A DNA stretch of 64,000 nt. Source: Octopus vulgaris. Taxonomy: Eukaryota. The stretch spans positions 4,154,001 through 4,218,000 of the forward strand of contig OX597820.1 of NCBI GenBank assembly GCA_951406725.2. Reading direction: 5' to 3'. This document shows positions 1 to 12,739 of the stretch, one piece after another. A model generated the notes under the pieces. The model saw only the letters and a program-made list of their open reading frames with translations. It ran no database searches and was not told the DNA's origin. The position numbers were made by a program, and so were the translations under genes. Within the stretch, counting starts at the first letter, position 1, and each line of letters opens with the position of its first letter.

Positions 1-2090
1 GCAATCTTCTGTTCCTGGATTGCAAAAGTGTGATGTGATGTAATGGTCTTGTATCCAAGAGAGGCTGCGCTTCGTGTCAATTCTACTGTCTTCTTCAAGC
101 TTCCGGGCAACATACCCATGCATGGTCTTCTTTTTTTTGTATGCTGAGTCCTTTCCATCCAGGTCTTCTCTTCGATAAGAGAGCCCATCTGTTTTGGGGC
201 TGTATAGGAGATCATTAGGAAGAGAGTGTTTTTTGAGGATCTCACTGCCAACTCGTACGATGTTGCTCACTTCACTTTTCAGCAGTGCATTAATATATTC
301 ATTTTTGCTGCTGTTGTTCAGCAGGTGCTGCCTGAGGGATACCAAACGGCATTCGAAGGCCGTCTGCACTGATCTCAGGCCTCTACCACTTTCATTTCTT
401 CTTAGGTAGAAGCTGTCAAAACCACTGTTTCTGTAGAAGTTCCCAGTTGTTGTCAGGATTTTGGGGGTTTTGATATTTATGGAGTGGAATTCCTCTACAG
501 ACTAATCAAGGACCTCAAATGTTGGGGTCAGCACTGGTACTGAAAATGCATTGTGGGATATCGTTCCCATATTTTCCTAAGCCTGGTGCAATATTCTCGG
601 GTCACAGAGGCTTCATATGATACATTTTCGTCTCTGCCTCGGTACTTGTAACATTCTTTGTGTTGAATGGCAGGAGGGAGGGAGGGGGGGGGAGGAGAGA
701 CCATTGATGCGCAGATTTTGGGTTTGGGGGACTGATTTTCCTCATTCTATAACCAAATATGAACATTTCTTTTGGCCAAATTCCATGCCTATATCAGCTG
801 AAAATTCTATTAATTCCAGTTGTTTTTTGGCATTGTTAACACTTTTAGTACAAATCTTGAGGTCATCTACAAAGAAATTATGAGTTACATTGATATTTCT
901 GGAAGTTGAAGATCCCAGCATGTAACCATTTGTTTTCTGCAGTGGGAACGATAATGGATTCAGTGCCAAAGCGAAAAGAAATACAGAAAGACTATCTCCT
1001 TGGAATATTCCCTTTGTAATGCCTGAACAATTAGAAAGAATTATTCTTTTCTCAGTTGTAAGGGTAAGAATTATTGTCCATGCTTTTGCGAGTCTCTCTA
1101 TAGCAGCAATTCAGGTAATAGGTACTTTTGCCAGATGTAGGCACTTCAACACCCATGAATGAGCGATAAAGTCGATACGGTCACAAGGTTTCCGTGTTGT
1201 TTTCTTACTTCGGACAGTACAGCTTTGTTCATTAAAAGTTGTTTGGCACATTCCCACACACCCTTCTTTTCACCAGCCTTTTCATCAGTCACAGTGTTGT
1301 TCGACTCACAACGGTCCTGGAGGAATTGGTTGAGGCAACTTGTGTACAGTTTGTACATAATGTTTAGGCAAGCTATGAGCCTGTAGTTTCTTGCCTTCTC
1401 GGTGATTTCATTTTTGGCAACAAGATTTGTCCTTGCTGTAGCAAGTCAATTTGGTATATCGGTCCAACCTTCCAAAGTCCTTTTGAACATATATATCAAG
1501 TGGTTTCTAAAAATATGTCAGCTTCTTGTACCAATATCCAACTATTCGGTCCCTTCCAGGTCCCTTCGCATTCTGCAGTTTGCCTACTGCTTTAGTGAAG
1601 GTCTCTGCATCAATTTTGTATGTTTTACTGTTAGTGTTGGTACAGTATTCTCTCTCATTTGTATTGAACCATGATGCATTCAGGTTTTCGTTCCAAATGT
1701 TTAACTAGAATGATTGTGGATCTTCTTTGGAAGGAGCTTTCTTAATGGGAATCTTTTCCTTCTTCATCTCTCTCTATAATGCTTGTGGGTCGGAAGAAAA
1801 CTTGCGATTGATTCTGGCTCACTGAAAAATTCACTCGCGATAGCAGAGTTCCTCTCTCATCGTCCTGAGTTCATGTTTTGAAGGGATTAGCTTTCCCTCA
1901 AGAGCTCGATGTGATGAGTTGCTATAAAGTTTCATTAATCTTTGTCTAAGGTAGAGTTGGTGAGGTGTAAACTCATTTTTCCCCTTAAATTTTATTGTTG
2001 TAGTTAAGCATCAAATATGGTGGTGCATGGGGTTGGTGTTGTCTTCTTCAAGTTTTGTTTTCCATCCAGGTTGGGTTGTTTCTGCTTAGT
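1..2090 (-). mobile_element. Degraded R4/Dong-clade-like non-LTR retrotransposon (RT region; runs off the window start)
   Basis: Minus-strand frames give RT motifs NYRLIACLNIMYKLYTSCL (~1340-1390), QLLMNKAVL, GIFQGDSLSVFLFALALNPLS (~945-1015), HNFFVDDLK (~860-885) and YLRRNESGRGL (~380-410). Multiple frameshifts and stops. Clade assigned from motif style. Confidence 0.75.
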
Positions 2091-2489
2091 TCTTTCGTCA
2101 CTTTGTTGTACACACACACACACACACTATGTATGTGTGGTGTCATGAGCCAGGCTGTGTTGTAGGAAAGGATCAGAAGTGAGGGAGTAGGCATGTCCTG
2201 TTGGAAGTGGGGCCTGCGGATCCCACCAGAAGTTCCGCGGTGGACATGCAGCATAAGCAAAGCACAAGGGGCCAGTTGGCAGGGGACAGCACATCAGAGC
2301 AGATGTGTGAGACTGTAGAGCGACGGATAGTGTGCTTGGAAGTGGAGTGAACCTTGGAGATTGAGACAACTCGTGGATGTTGAAAGTGACACTTTTCCTG
2401 TACCGACAGATAAGACTACCATAATTCTCTCCTTGCTTCCGTCTTTTTCTTCCTTTACATCACAGTATGTATGAAAAGCAGAGTGAATG

Positions 2490-2860
2490 ATGCTTGGTTA
2501 TAAATGGCTCTGCTCCATGGTAGTGAGACATGGGCCCTGAATGCAGAGGACATAGGAAGACTGGAGAAGAATGAAGCTGCTAGTATGTTCCAATGGATGT
2601 GCAACATCAGTGTGCATGTACGGCAAATGTGCTGAGAGAAAAGTTGGGCATGAGAGGAATCAGATGCAGCATGCAAGAGAGGAGACCACAATGGTTTGGT
2701 CATGTGATGTAGTATGCAAATGAGGACACCTGTATGAAGAAGTGCCACTGAAAGTGGACGGAACCTGTGGAAGAGGGAATCCCAGGAAGACATAGGATGA
2801 CGTAGAGAGGATCCATCTCAAGGTGTTAGGCCCCATGGAGGAGAGGACAATGGACTGAGA
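2490..2860 (+). mobile_element. RTE-clade LINE fragment (post-RT C-terminal region)
   Basis: Encodes LLHGSETWAL...MFQWMCNISVHVRQ...LREKLG...WFGHV, matching the RTE copy at 5232-6660. Confidence 0.75.
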
Positions 2861-3584
2861 TTCTTACCCCCCTCCCACTCTAATGATCCAAGCTGCATCT
2901 CTTTTCTGTGCACTGAATGTATCTCTCTGTCGCTACCCCTTCAGGCCCTTCAGCCCCACATCGCTCTGTCATCTCACTCTCCTGTCCAGTCCCTACCAGC
3001 TGCATTATTGCTATCCTCTTAACCCCAACCCCACCTGTATAGCCATGTTTTACCACTCACTGCATTCTCCCTTCCCCGTCCCCTTTCCCCCCTTCTCACA
3101 CACCCTGAGTAATCCTCTTCCATTCCATTCATATTCACCCCTTCTACCTTGAAACTATTCCCTGGCACATTGCCACCATCTTTCTTGCTTCCCCTCTCAC
3201 TCTCTCTTATTCTCACTCACTCTTACTCTCTCTCTCTCCCTCTCTCTCTTGTTCTCGCCCTCTGACTGGGCTAACCATGTCTCTCTCCTACAACAAGACC
3301 CCTCTTCCTCTCCCTTTATCCTCTAACCTCTCCTCACCTGGCACAAAGCCACCTCACTCAATGCCACTCCCCCCTCTCTTAGTTGAGGGATCTTTGTCTT
3401 GCAAATTGCTTGGTGACTGTTGTGGTGAGAGTCATTGAACACCCCTGTGGGATTGCAAGAATGGACTAGCCGAACCCTTATAAAATATACCAGATTGGTT
3501 GAGACGGAAGAGATTGTAGGAGTCATTGAGAGTTTGTGGAAGTTGTTGGGAGTCATTGAGATCATTGAGAGTTTGTATTTATTG

Positions 3585-3880
3585 GATGCCAGCGCCACCT
3601 TGACTGGCTTCTGTGCCGGTGACACGTAAAATGCACCAAAGCACCAACTGATTGTGGCCGTTTGCCAGCCTCCTCTGGCCCCTGTGCCGGTGGCATATAA
3701 AAAGCACCCCCTACACTCACGGAGTGGTTGGTGTTAGGAAGGGCATCCAGCTGTAGAAACACTGCCAGATCGGACTGGTGCCTGGTGCAGCCTCCTGGCT
3801 TCCCAGACCCCGGTCAAACCAGCCAACCCATGCTAGCATGGAAAACGGGTGTTAAACGATGATGATGATGATGATGATGA
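3585..3880 (+). mobile_element. RTE 3'-UTR tail copy ending in (GAT)n
   Basis: Shared block ggagtggttgg..ttaggaagggcatccagctgtagaaac...ccatgctagcatggaaa..gttaaacgatgatg, found many times in the window. Confidence 0.8.
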
Positions 3881-3989
3881 TGGAATAACATCTTTAGTGG
3901 AGTAATTTGAAGTACGTCATGCGAAGGCAGTTGTGTCTGTCCTCGCTTCATGAAGTCTGTGTGTCCAACAAATAGAAGGATATAAAAGT

Positions 3990-4142
3990 GGTGACGAGGA
4001 TATCCCAAAAGGATGAAAAGCAAAGTCGACCTTGGGGGAATTTGAACTCAGAATGTAGCAGCAGATGAAATACCGCTAAGCATTTTGCCCGATGTACTAA
4101 TAATTCTGCCAACTCACTGCCTTAATAATAATAATAATAATC

Positions 4143-4186
<44 letters not shown>

Positions 4187-4780
4187 GATGATGATGATTT
4201 ATTCTTTTATTAGCCTCAAGCGCTCACATACAAAACATTAAATGACAGATAACAACATAAAAGAGAAAAACAGGACGATAGAAAGGGTTTTCGCATGTAC
4301 ACAATATAATAACAATAAAAATTGAACAAATTATAACTCCCAATAGGGGAGGCACTTTAAGGTCCTCATGGGAAAACCCACAAAAGCACGGGTGTCTGAA
4401 CAACAGAGTAAGAGCCCTTCTCTTTTGATTTCCTTTACACAGGTGCAATGCTCAGAATTGGCCCCTTCACACTGGCCATTCTTCCAACATTCACCCACCT
4501 TTCAACAAACTTGCCTCAAGGCAACATCTCCCTAATAATAATAATGATAATAATATTAGTCTCAAATTCTGGCACAAGGTCAGCAACTTCAGATGAGAGC
4601 ATAAGTCAATTACACTGACCCCAGTACTCCACTGGTACTTATTTCATTGACCCTGAAAGGATGAAAGGCAAAATTAACCTCGGCAGAATTTGAACTCAGA
4701 ACCTAGTGATATGAAATGCCGCTAAGCATTATTCCCAGCATAGTAACAATCCTGCTCGTTCACTGCTGTCCTATTTCACA
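3990..4780 (-). mobile_element. Cluster of Meta/Sauria-type tRNA-SINE fragments with (AAT)n spacers, plus an L1/Tx1-like 3' end (~4200-4530)
   Basis: Repeated gaaaggatgaaaggcaaagtcgacc...gaatttgaactcagaa motif. 4200-4530 reads FVERWVNV on minus, followed by an AATAAA-bearing tail similar to 23230-23400. Confidence 0.6.
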
Positions 4781-5231
4781 AAATATTGATGTTTTGATCT
4801 ATTGATATTCCCTGTGAAGCTTAGTATTGCATGTCTATGCAGGATGTGAAGACAATGTGCAATTAGCGCATATGTATTCTCTGTTCAAAATCAACAGCGC
4901 ATTGCACCGAGGTAACCTTTTCCTTCCGTTATAAATATCATTATTATAGATTAGTTATTTAATTGATCTTACAAAATTAAATCTTAGGAGAAATCATGGC
5001 CAAGTTGCTGGTCAGCCCTCAACGTGTTCATGATTGAATAGACCTAGGATCGAAATCAATGCAGCCATGACCACCATGTCTTATTATCAACCTCAGGTTA
5101 CATTATCTCGTCTATTCACCGTCTCTTTTGCAGAGATCTGGTGCTGCCGAGTGGATTACCAATGCCTGAGGCAAGAAATGAAGGCGAGGCACAATCTTTT
5201 GCTTTGATTTATGTTTGCTAAAACTTTGAAA

Positions 5232-6660
5232 TCATCATCATCATCTTCATTGTTTAACATCTGCCTTCCATGGGTTGGACGGTTTGACTGAGGGCTGGCA
5301 AGCCAGAAGGCTGTACCAGGCTCCAATCTGATCTGGCAAGGTTTCTACAGCTGGATGCCCTTCCTAGTACCAACCACTCCGAGAGTGTAGTGGATGCTTT
5401 TTATGTGCCACTTGCATGAGGGCCAATCAGGCAGTCCTGGCATTGGCCATGCTTGAATGGTGCTTTTTACATGCCACCAGCCCGGGAACCAGACAGGTGG
5501 CACTGGCAACGACCATGCTCGAATGGTGCTTTTTCATGCCATCAGCATGAAAGCCAGTCAGGCAGTACTGGCATTGGCCATGACAATGATTTCACTTGAA
5601 TCCACAAGTCTTCTCATGCACAGTTCATTACCCAATGATTGAAGGGTACCCTTAAATGGGCCGGTTATGTTACACTGGTATAAGCCACGGTTACAGTTTC
5701 ACTTGGTTTGCCAGGTTTTCTCAATCACAGTATATCTCCAAAGGTCTCGGTCGCTTGTCATTGCCTCTGTGAGGCCCAACGTTCAAAGGTCGTGTTTCAC
5801 CACTTCATCCCAGGTCTTCCTGGGTCTATCTCTTCCACAGGTTCCCTCTTTTTCACATAACTGTCCTCATCCATATGTAACAATGACCATACCAGCACAG
5901 TCGTCTCTCTTGCACACCACATCTGATGCTTCTTATGTTCAACTTTTCTCTCAGGGTACTTACACTGTCGTGTATGCACACTGACATTACACATCCAGTG
6001 AAGCATACTAGCTTCATTTCTCCTCAGCAATCACAGTCCATGTTTCACTGCTGTGTAGCATGGCTGTTCGCACACATGCATCATACAGTCTACCTTTCAC
6101 TCTGAGTGAGAGGCCCTTTGTTGCCAACTGAAGTAGGAGCTCTCTGAAATTTACCCAGGTTATTCTTATTCTAGCAGCTACACTCTCAGAGCATCCACCC
6201 CCGCTACAGACTTGGTCACCTAGGTAATGGAAGCTATCAACTACTTCTAATTTTTCCACCTGACATGTGACGGAAGCTGTTCTCTGCACATTTTCTGTGT
6301 TTATAGCACTTGTGCATCTGCCACACTCAAAAACTATCTTCCCGGTTAACCTTCCTTTGATATTGCTGCACTTCTCATGTGTCCATAGCTTACACCAGTA
6401 CATCTTATGGAGTTTCTACCTACACCTTTTCTACAGATCGAGCAGGGCCATCTACCTGAAGGGATTTGTGATCTGTCTGACTTCCTACTTACTAAGACTT
6501 TGGTTTTTGCTAGATTGACTCTAAGGTCCTTCCACACCTGGAACTTCTCTAGTTCTGATAGTGACTCAGCTATTAGAGGAAGGTCATCAGCAAAGAGGAG
6601 CTCCCAGGGGCATCCTGTCTTGAATTCCTCTGTTATTGTTTGGAGGACTATGATGAATGG
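5232..6660 (-). mobile_element. 5'-truncated RTE LINE: RT C-terminal half with an embedded PHD-like finger, repeat-rich 3'UTR and (GAT)n tail
   Basis: EEFKTGCPWELLFADDL, LRVNLAKTKVLVS, EVVDSFHYLG, VKGRLYDACVRTAMLHSSETW; ORF end resembling EKTWQTK*; the 3'UTR matches the dispersed tail family. Confidence 0.9.
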
Positions 6661-7070
6661 AACCCCTATCTTGCTCAGCATATAAATCTCCTGGAAACTG
6701 TTCAGAAACGTGCAACAAAGCAAATACCCGCCGTCACACATTTACCATACTCTGAACGTCTTGCTCCCCTGGGCATGGATACATTGAAGCTCCGACGTCC
6801 GGCAAAATGACTTGGTTGACACCCACAAGATTATCCACCATCTTTCCAACAACAACCTTGGGCACCTTTTTAAATTCCATATGACAAACATTCACAGACA
6901 TGCTTATAAAATCAGAAAACAACACGGCACCCATGACTTTTGGAAACATTTTTTCATGCTCGGAATTGCTGAAGCATGGAATAAACTACCTACATCAGTT
7001 GTTAGCTGTTGGGACACAGCATCCTTCAAAACTTCCATGCTTCCTGAAATCTGCTAACAGTACACCTGAT
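6660..7070 (+). mobile_element. CR1-clade LINE 3' fragment
   Basis: LLETVQKRATK...DTHKIIHHL...HAYKIRKQH...FWKHFFMLGIAEAWNKLP is a CR1-type C-terminus; homologous to 22745-23190 and 40370-40750. Confidence 0.8.
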
Positions 7071-7087
7071 GGCCCCTTTTTTGTTCT

Positions 7088-7391
7088 GCACGTAAAAAGC
7101 ACCATCCGATCGTGGCCGTTGCCAGCCTCGCCTGGCCCCCCTGCTGGTGGCACGTAAAAAGCACCATCCGTCCGTGGCTGTTTTCCAGCTCCGTCTGGCA
7201 CCTGTGCGGGTGGCATGTAAAAAGCACCCACTACACTCACGGAGTGGTTGGCGTTAGGAAGGGCATCCAGCCGTAGAAACACTGCCAGATCAGACTGGGC
7301 CTGATGCAGCCTTCTGGCTTCACAGACCCCAGTTGAACCATCCAACCCATGCTAGCATGGAAAGCGGACGCTAAATGATGATGATGATGAT
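7088..7391 (+). mobile_element. RTE 3'-UTR tail copy with ~62-bp internal repeats
   Basis: Tail-family sequence ending gctaaatgatgatgatg. Confidence 0.8.
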
Positions 7392-7444
7392 GTAGTGCCC
7401 TGGACACTGTATATAACAATTTCCTTCATCATTATACATAACAG

Positions 7445-8520
7445 AGGAAAATTTATATAGGGAGTACTATGGATTTTTAAAATAGATATAGGGGATACAA
7501 GAATTCATTTATTCACCCTGATGCAAAAAATTCCACGATATTAGCATCATCTCAAAGAGTCTGACATTGAGTATAATTTAAGGTGATCAATACTTACTGA
7601 ATCAATACCATATAACACACATAAAGGAATTGAAAAGTATACTATATGCTAGTAATAGCAATAAAAGTATATTATTAAATAAAATTACAGACGTTTTAGT
7701 ACATTGTAAGCATAAATATTTAGCAACTTTTAAATTTTTCAAACCTTAAAATCTTTAAACTTAGAAATTTAAAATAAATAAAATTTTTTAAATACAACCT
7801 GGATTAGATCCAACGAACTCTTACGTACAAATCTTTAAGCTTAAATTATTTCTCTGTTATAGTAGTATGGATAAAAAAATATCAGAACTGAATAGAATAT
7901 TCCAATAGGCTATCATTTACATGATAAACTAAAATCAACTTGTCAACCCCTTTTTAATTCTTGTATAGAAACCGTTCTATTTTCTTATTCTTTGGTTTGT
8001 CCCATTTATTTTGGCTTTTTGGGGTGAGGGTAAGGGTGGGGGTTTAATTAATTCATTGACCCTGAAAAACTGTACTTTCAATAGCTGAACTTTCCCAAAG
8101 TAGTGCTTTATCTGATTTTACCTTGAGAATGGAACCCTGAAGAAGGAAATGTTTTTACACAGGGAGCTGAATTTGGACTATTCCCTACAGCCCCTTAAAA
8201 CTTTTCTGAAACAGCCATAGGTATGGACTGATACTTTTTAATCATCTCCTTTAATATACTTTCTACTTTCATGGTACCCCTTGTTAAAGTTTCATGTTTT
8301 TTATATGTTTATTTCTTATTTTTTATGCTTTTTATTTATATATTTTTCATTTTTATGTTTATATTTTTATATCTTTTACGGTTATATTTTTATATTTCTA
8401 TACTCTTAGTATCAAACTCTTAATATAATTATGTGGATATTTGTATGGAATAATGCCTTTTGTCACACATCGAAATTGTGAATTTGCTCATCTGAATGTT
8501 TAAGACAATTATTTGAAATT
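7445..8520 (+). mobile_element. Penelope-like element relic: GIY-YIG endonuclease C-terminal part and pseudo-LTR
   Basis: Manual translation from ~7448: KIYIGSTMDF*NRYRGYKNSF..NSTILA..LKESDIEYNLR*SILTESIPYN..SILLNKITDVLVHCKHKYL, the typical PLE GIY-YIG tail. A hammerhead motif follows at 8134-8222. Confidence 0.75.
8134..8222 (+). ncRNA. Type I hammerhead ribozyme motif with long stem II (CpG-decayed)
   Basis: ACC-CTGAAGA-A-GGAAATGTTTT...AAAACTTTTCT-GAAA-CAGCCA-TA-GGT. Stem I is ACC/GGT; stem III CAGCCA is consistent with a decayed palindromic CGGCCG. Confidence 0.6.
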
Positions 8521-8814
8521 TTTATTGCATACTAAATTTTATTTATATATATACATACATACACATGTTTGTGTTGACTTTCTGTGCAAGATTTTATGGT
8601 CGTTAGTCAATGTAATGTCACCCACCCCACTTCTGTTCCCACTCAATGGTACCCCACACACTGTTCAATATTTGGTGCAAGATTTTCTATCCATTTCTCC
8701 GTCCTTCTCCTCTCCCCTCTTGTGCCCAAAACCTTTCCTGTCTATTTCTACCTGCTGCTGTCTTTCCCTTTTTACTGCCTTCTATTTCTTCACATTATCA
8801 CATATTACTCTACG

Positions 8815-9323
8815 TTAATGCAAAAAATATTCTGTTAATTGACCATCTTCAAAATGATCACACCATCAATGGAAAGTCCAATGCCAACTGGCTGAGGCAG
8901 TTATGAAAGGCTATCAAGACTAAACACTCAGAAAAACTGATGAATGGGGTCTGGTTTCATTAGGACAATGCTTCAGCACACAAGTCCTTGGTATCAATGG
9001 TTGTCATGCATGACTGCCTTTGAACTGGTTGACCACCCATCCCTATGTTAGTGATTTGGTTCCACCTGGTTATCATCTGTCTCCCAACATAGGAAAACAC
9101 TCAGCTGGACACCAGCATCACGGTGATGATGATGTCTTATCTGCTGTTGATGACCATTTTGACCAACAGAATAGCTTCTTCCCCAGTGCAATCCAAGCAC
9201 TGCAACAAATTAGGGAAGTGTGTGGACAGTAAGAGAGGAACTAAGTTTAAAAAGGAACTTCATTTGGTCCCATTCCACGAGAGTGTCTTGCTCAGCCTAT
9301 GAACATTTCAGCAGACCCTCATA
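8815..9323 (+). mobile_element. Mariner transposase relic with right terminus
   Basis: Degenerate FH*DNASAHKS and DLVPPGYHLSP (from HDNAPAH and DLAPSDYHLFP); terminus gcctatgaacatttcagcagaccctcata. Confidence 0.75.
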
Positions 9324-9605
9324 ATAACAAAAATTATTATACCTGTATTTGTTTTAATGTTAACTTTGAAGAAATCCACATTTTTCATTAAAAAAATTTG
9401 GACCTAGGTTTGCACCTTCAAAGCAAATTTTGTTGCTGGGCCACTGATATCTGTATATATTCCTTACATCAAGCACAAAGAGTTTTATCTGTTTACTTGC
9501 AGCATTGTATCCATATCTGTTCACTTGGATTCCACTTTTAGCCACTCTATCCCACTGATTTAATCCTAAAGTTTAGGAGTATAAGCTCAAATCTTTTGAG
9601 CACAA

Positions 9606-9790
9606 CTCTCTCTCTCTTTCTCTGTCTCTATCTATCTCTATCTATATCTATCTCTATATCTATCTATCCCTGTCTGTCTATCTATCTATCTATCTATCTA
9701 TCTCTGTCTATATCTATCTATCTATCTGTCTATATCTATCTATCTATCTATCTGTCTATATCTACCCATCTATCTATCTATCTCTGTCTA

Positions 9791-9835
<45 letters not shown>

Positions 9836-9846
9836 ATCTATATCCA
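9606..9846. repeat. (TCTA)n/(TC)n microsatellite
   Basis: Directly visible tetranucleotide array. Confidence 0.95.
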
Positions 9847-9989
9847 TCCGTCCGTTTTGCAAGAAACTTGATGTGAACTAGTGTGTTGAAACAGATATTG
9901 TTGTATTTGGCGGGGATGGTCATGTTGCCAGTTTAGCCAATAAAAACACGTGCGCTATGTATTTAGTGTTTACTTGCTTCAGCTTTATC

Positions 9990-10031
9990 GGCCAGAGTTC
10001 TTTCGCCACTCCTGTGACCTTATCAGTGGTC
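9990..10031 (-). ncRNA. Degenerate minimal hammerhead motif (core G8A)
   Basis: Minus strand: GACCA-CTGATAA-G-GTCAC-AGGA-GTGGC-GAAA-GAAC-TC-TGGCC. Confidence 0.5.
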
Positions 10032-10777
10032 CTTTGCTTTCTTCTTTCGTTTTTGTGTCTTTCCTTCCTAACGATCTGACATTTTGTATTCCTGTTGTAT
10101 GTGTCTTATATATATATAAGTGGAAAAACGTAGTAAATACACAAACGAAAAGAAGTAAACAATGTGTGTAGAAACGGACGGAAGACAGAGAGAGAGAGAG
10201 AGAGAAGGTCCCTAATTCTTCATCAGTTACCAACCAGATGGTATTACTCAGCTACGCACCATTAATGGTAAGACTGAGAGGCTTCCCATGCTGACAGTGA
10301 CCGCAAAAGTTGCGGAGAATTTAGGGCCGAGAGCAAACGTTACATGGACAACAAGCGATACAGAAAAGTGGACATAGGAAAGGGAATGAAGGATCTAATT
10401 TAAGACGATGGACGAAGGTCAAAGATGAAATGATTAAGAAACAGAATACAGCCCGAGGGTGAAAAAAAACCCCTAAATGCTGGATAATGCTTAGAGGGCT
10501 AATCTTAAAGGATTAGAAAGGTGAGAGAAAAACAAAACGGGTACCAGTGGGACACGGAGAATTTAGGACGGGTCAGCTACACGACCGGTGCAAATATATA
10601 TCCGTGCGACTCTCCTTCTAGCCTTTCCTCTTTGTCATTTTCCCCCCCCCCCCTGTATTTCTAGCTTTTTCTTTCTCTTTGTCCTCCTCTTCGTCCCTTT
10701 CCCTTTTCTTTGTCGCCCTCTTTCACCTCTGCCTGCTGCTACACATGACCTGTGGCCACCCTTTCTTTCTCACCGTC

Positions 10778-10828
<51 letters not shown>

Positions 10829-11246
10829 GGCGCAGGAGTGGCTGTGTGGTAAGTAGCTTGCTTACCAACCACATGGTTCCGGGTTCAGTCCTACTGCATA
10901 GCATCTTGGGCAAGTGTCTTCTACTATAGCCTCGGGCCAACCAAAGCCTTGTGAGTGGATTTGGTAGACGGAAACTGAAAGAAGCCCATCGTATATATGT
11001 ATGTATATATATATATATATATGTGTGTGTGTATGTTTGTGTGCCTGTGTTTGTCCCCCTAGCATTGCTTGACAACCGATGCTGGTGTGTTTACGTCCTC
11101 ATGACTTAGCGGTTCGGCAAAAGAGACTGATAGAATAAGTACTGGGCTTACAAAGAATAAGTCCTGGGGCTCGAATTGCTTGACTAAAGGCGGTGCTCCA
11201 GCATGGCCGCAGTCAAATGACTGAAACAAGTAAAAAAGTAAGAGTA
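10829..11246 (+). mobile_element. tRNA-derived CORE-type SINE (octopus OR-like), full length
   Basis: Head ggcgcaggagtggctgtgtggtaag...gggttcagtcc (A/B boxes), CORE-like ttgggcaagtgtcttc, internal (TA)/(TG) tract, tail gactgaaacaagtaaaa. Confidence 0.85.
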
Positions 11247-12371
11247 TACACACACACACCCTGACATTGATCACGTTCAGATGTGCTTTTTATGTGCCAC
11301 CAGCACTTTATTTCTTGTGTTCCTCTGCTCTCTTCAGGATGATTGACTGAGTGGGGCCCTGAATTAATGGATTCAATTTACAGCCAGAGTTGACCCCTTT
11401 ATCCTATGTCTCTTGCTTGCTCTCACAAACAGATATACTTTATGCTTAGACTTATCCTTCCACTCTTCTTTCTTTCCAAAGCTCCTGAGCCTGATTCTTT
11501 ATAGTTATACAACTGATGCAGTTGTGAATACAACCCATGACGTGTTTTAACAAAAACTAAGCAGTGTCCCACACCCAGTGATCTGGCAGCATGCCAGGAA
11601 CTAACCCACAACTTCCAAGTTACCATACTATTGTTTGTTGGTCATTGACCTTACATTGGATTCATCTGTCCTTTGACAGTTGTTTTTGCCCTGCTGGGTT
11701 TCCAGAAACTCCCTTGCAAGGCAATCTTGGTGCGTGAGCCAATCTAGTCGCCAATGGCCTGACCACACAACAGATTGTAACAAACATGTTTCTAGTTGCA
11801 CTCATGAGCAGCCTGACATAACTCTACACTTCAACACCGTACAGGGTGAACTTGTCTACTCTGGAGAGAACCTGCACAGAGCTGGTGTGTGACCCTTTTT
11901 AAGGATGCCTCAAAGAGCTTCATCTTCAACTTGCCAGTCAATGGTTAGGTGCATTTAAAGGCTGGTCCTTAGAATTACAGGTACTACTTGTTTTTACCAG
12001 GTGAGTGAACTGGAGCAACGTGAAAGTCATGGTCAAGGACACAATACACCATTGGAAATTGAACTCCTGGCCTTAGGATTGTGAGCCGAACACCCTAACC
12101 ACTAAGCCAAGTGTCTTCACCGATTGGAAGAAGAGCCAAAGTTATCCTCAAACCAGAGATTGATGTGAATACCTGCGGCAGAGTGAACTCTGCTAAAGAC
12201 ACCCAAGGATCAGGTAATAGTGTTAGGAATGGATGACAGATTAGATCTAACATCCCAAAACTCAAAATCCAATAATCTGGGGCAAATTACCATTAAGGGT
12301 CTTCTCTGACAATCGAATAATCTAACTGGACTGGTTTATTTATGGTTTCCAGGATCTCTGGAGTAATGTTA

Positions 12372-12739
12372 GGTGCAGGAGTGGCTGTGTGGTAAGTACC
12401 TTGCTTACTAACCACATGATCCTGGGTTCAGTCCCACTGCGTGGCACCTTAGGCAAGTGTCTTCTACTACAGCCTTGGGCTGACCAAAGCCTTGTGAGTG
12501 GATTTGGTAGATGGAAACTGAAAGAAGCCTGTCGTATGCGTGTGTGTATTAGTCCCTCCCCTGTCACTTGACAACCGAATGCTGGTGCGTTTATGTCCCT
12601 GTAACTTAGTGGTTCAGCAAAAGAAACTGATAGAATAAGTACTTGGCTTACAAAGAATAAGTCCTGGGGTCAATTTTCTCGACTAAAGGTAGTGCTCCAG
12701 CATGGCCTCAGTCAAATGACTGAAACAAGTAAAAGAGTA
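12372..12739 (+). mobile_element. tRNA-derived CORE-type SINE
   Basis: Same family as 10829-11246. Confidence 0.85.
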
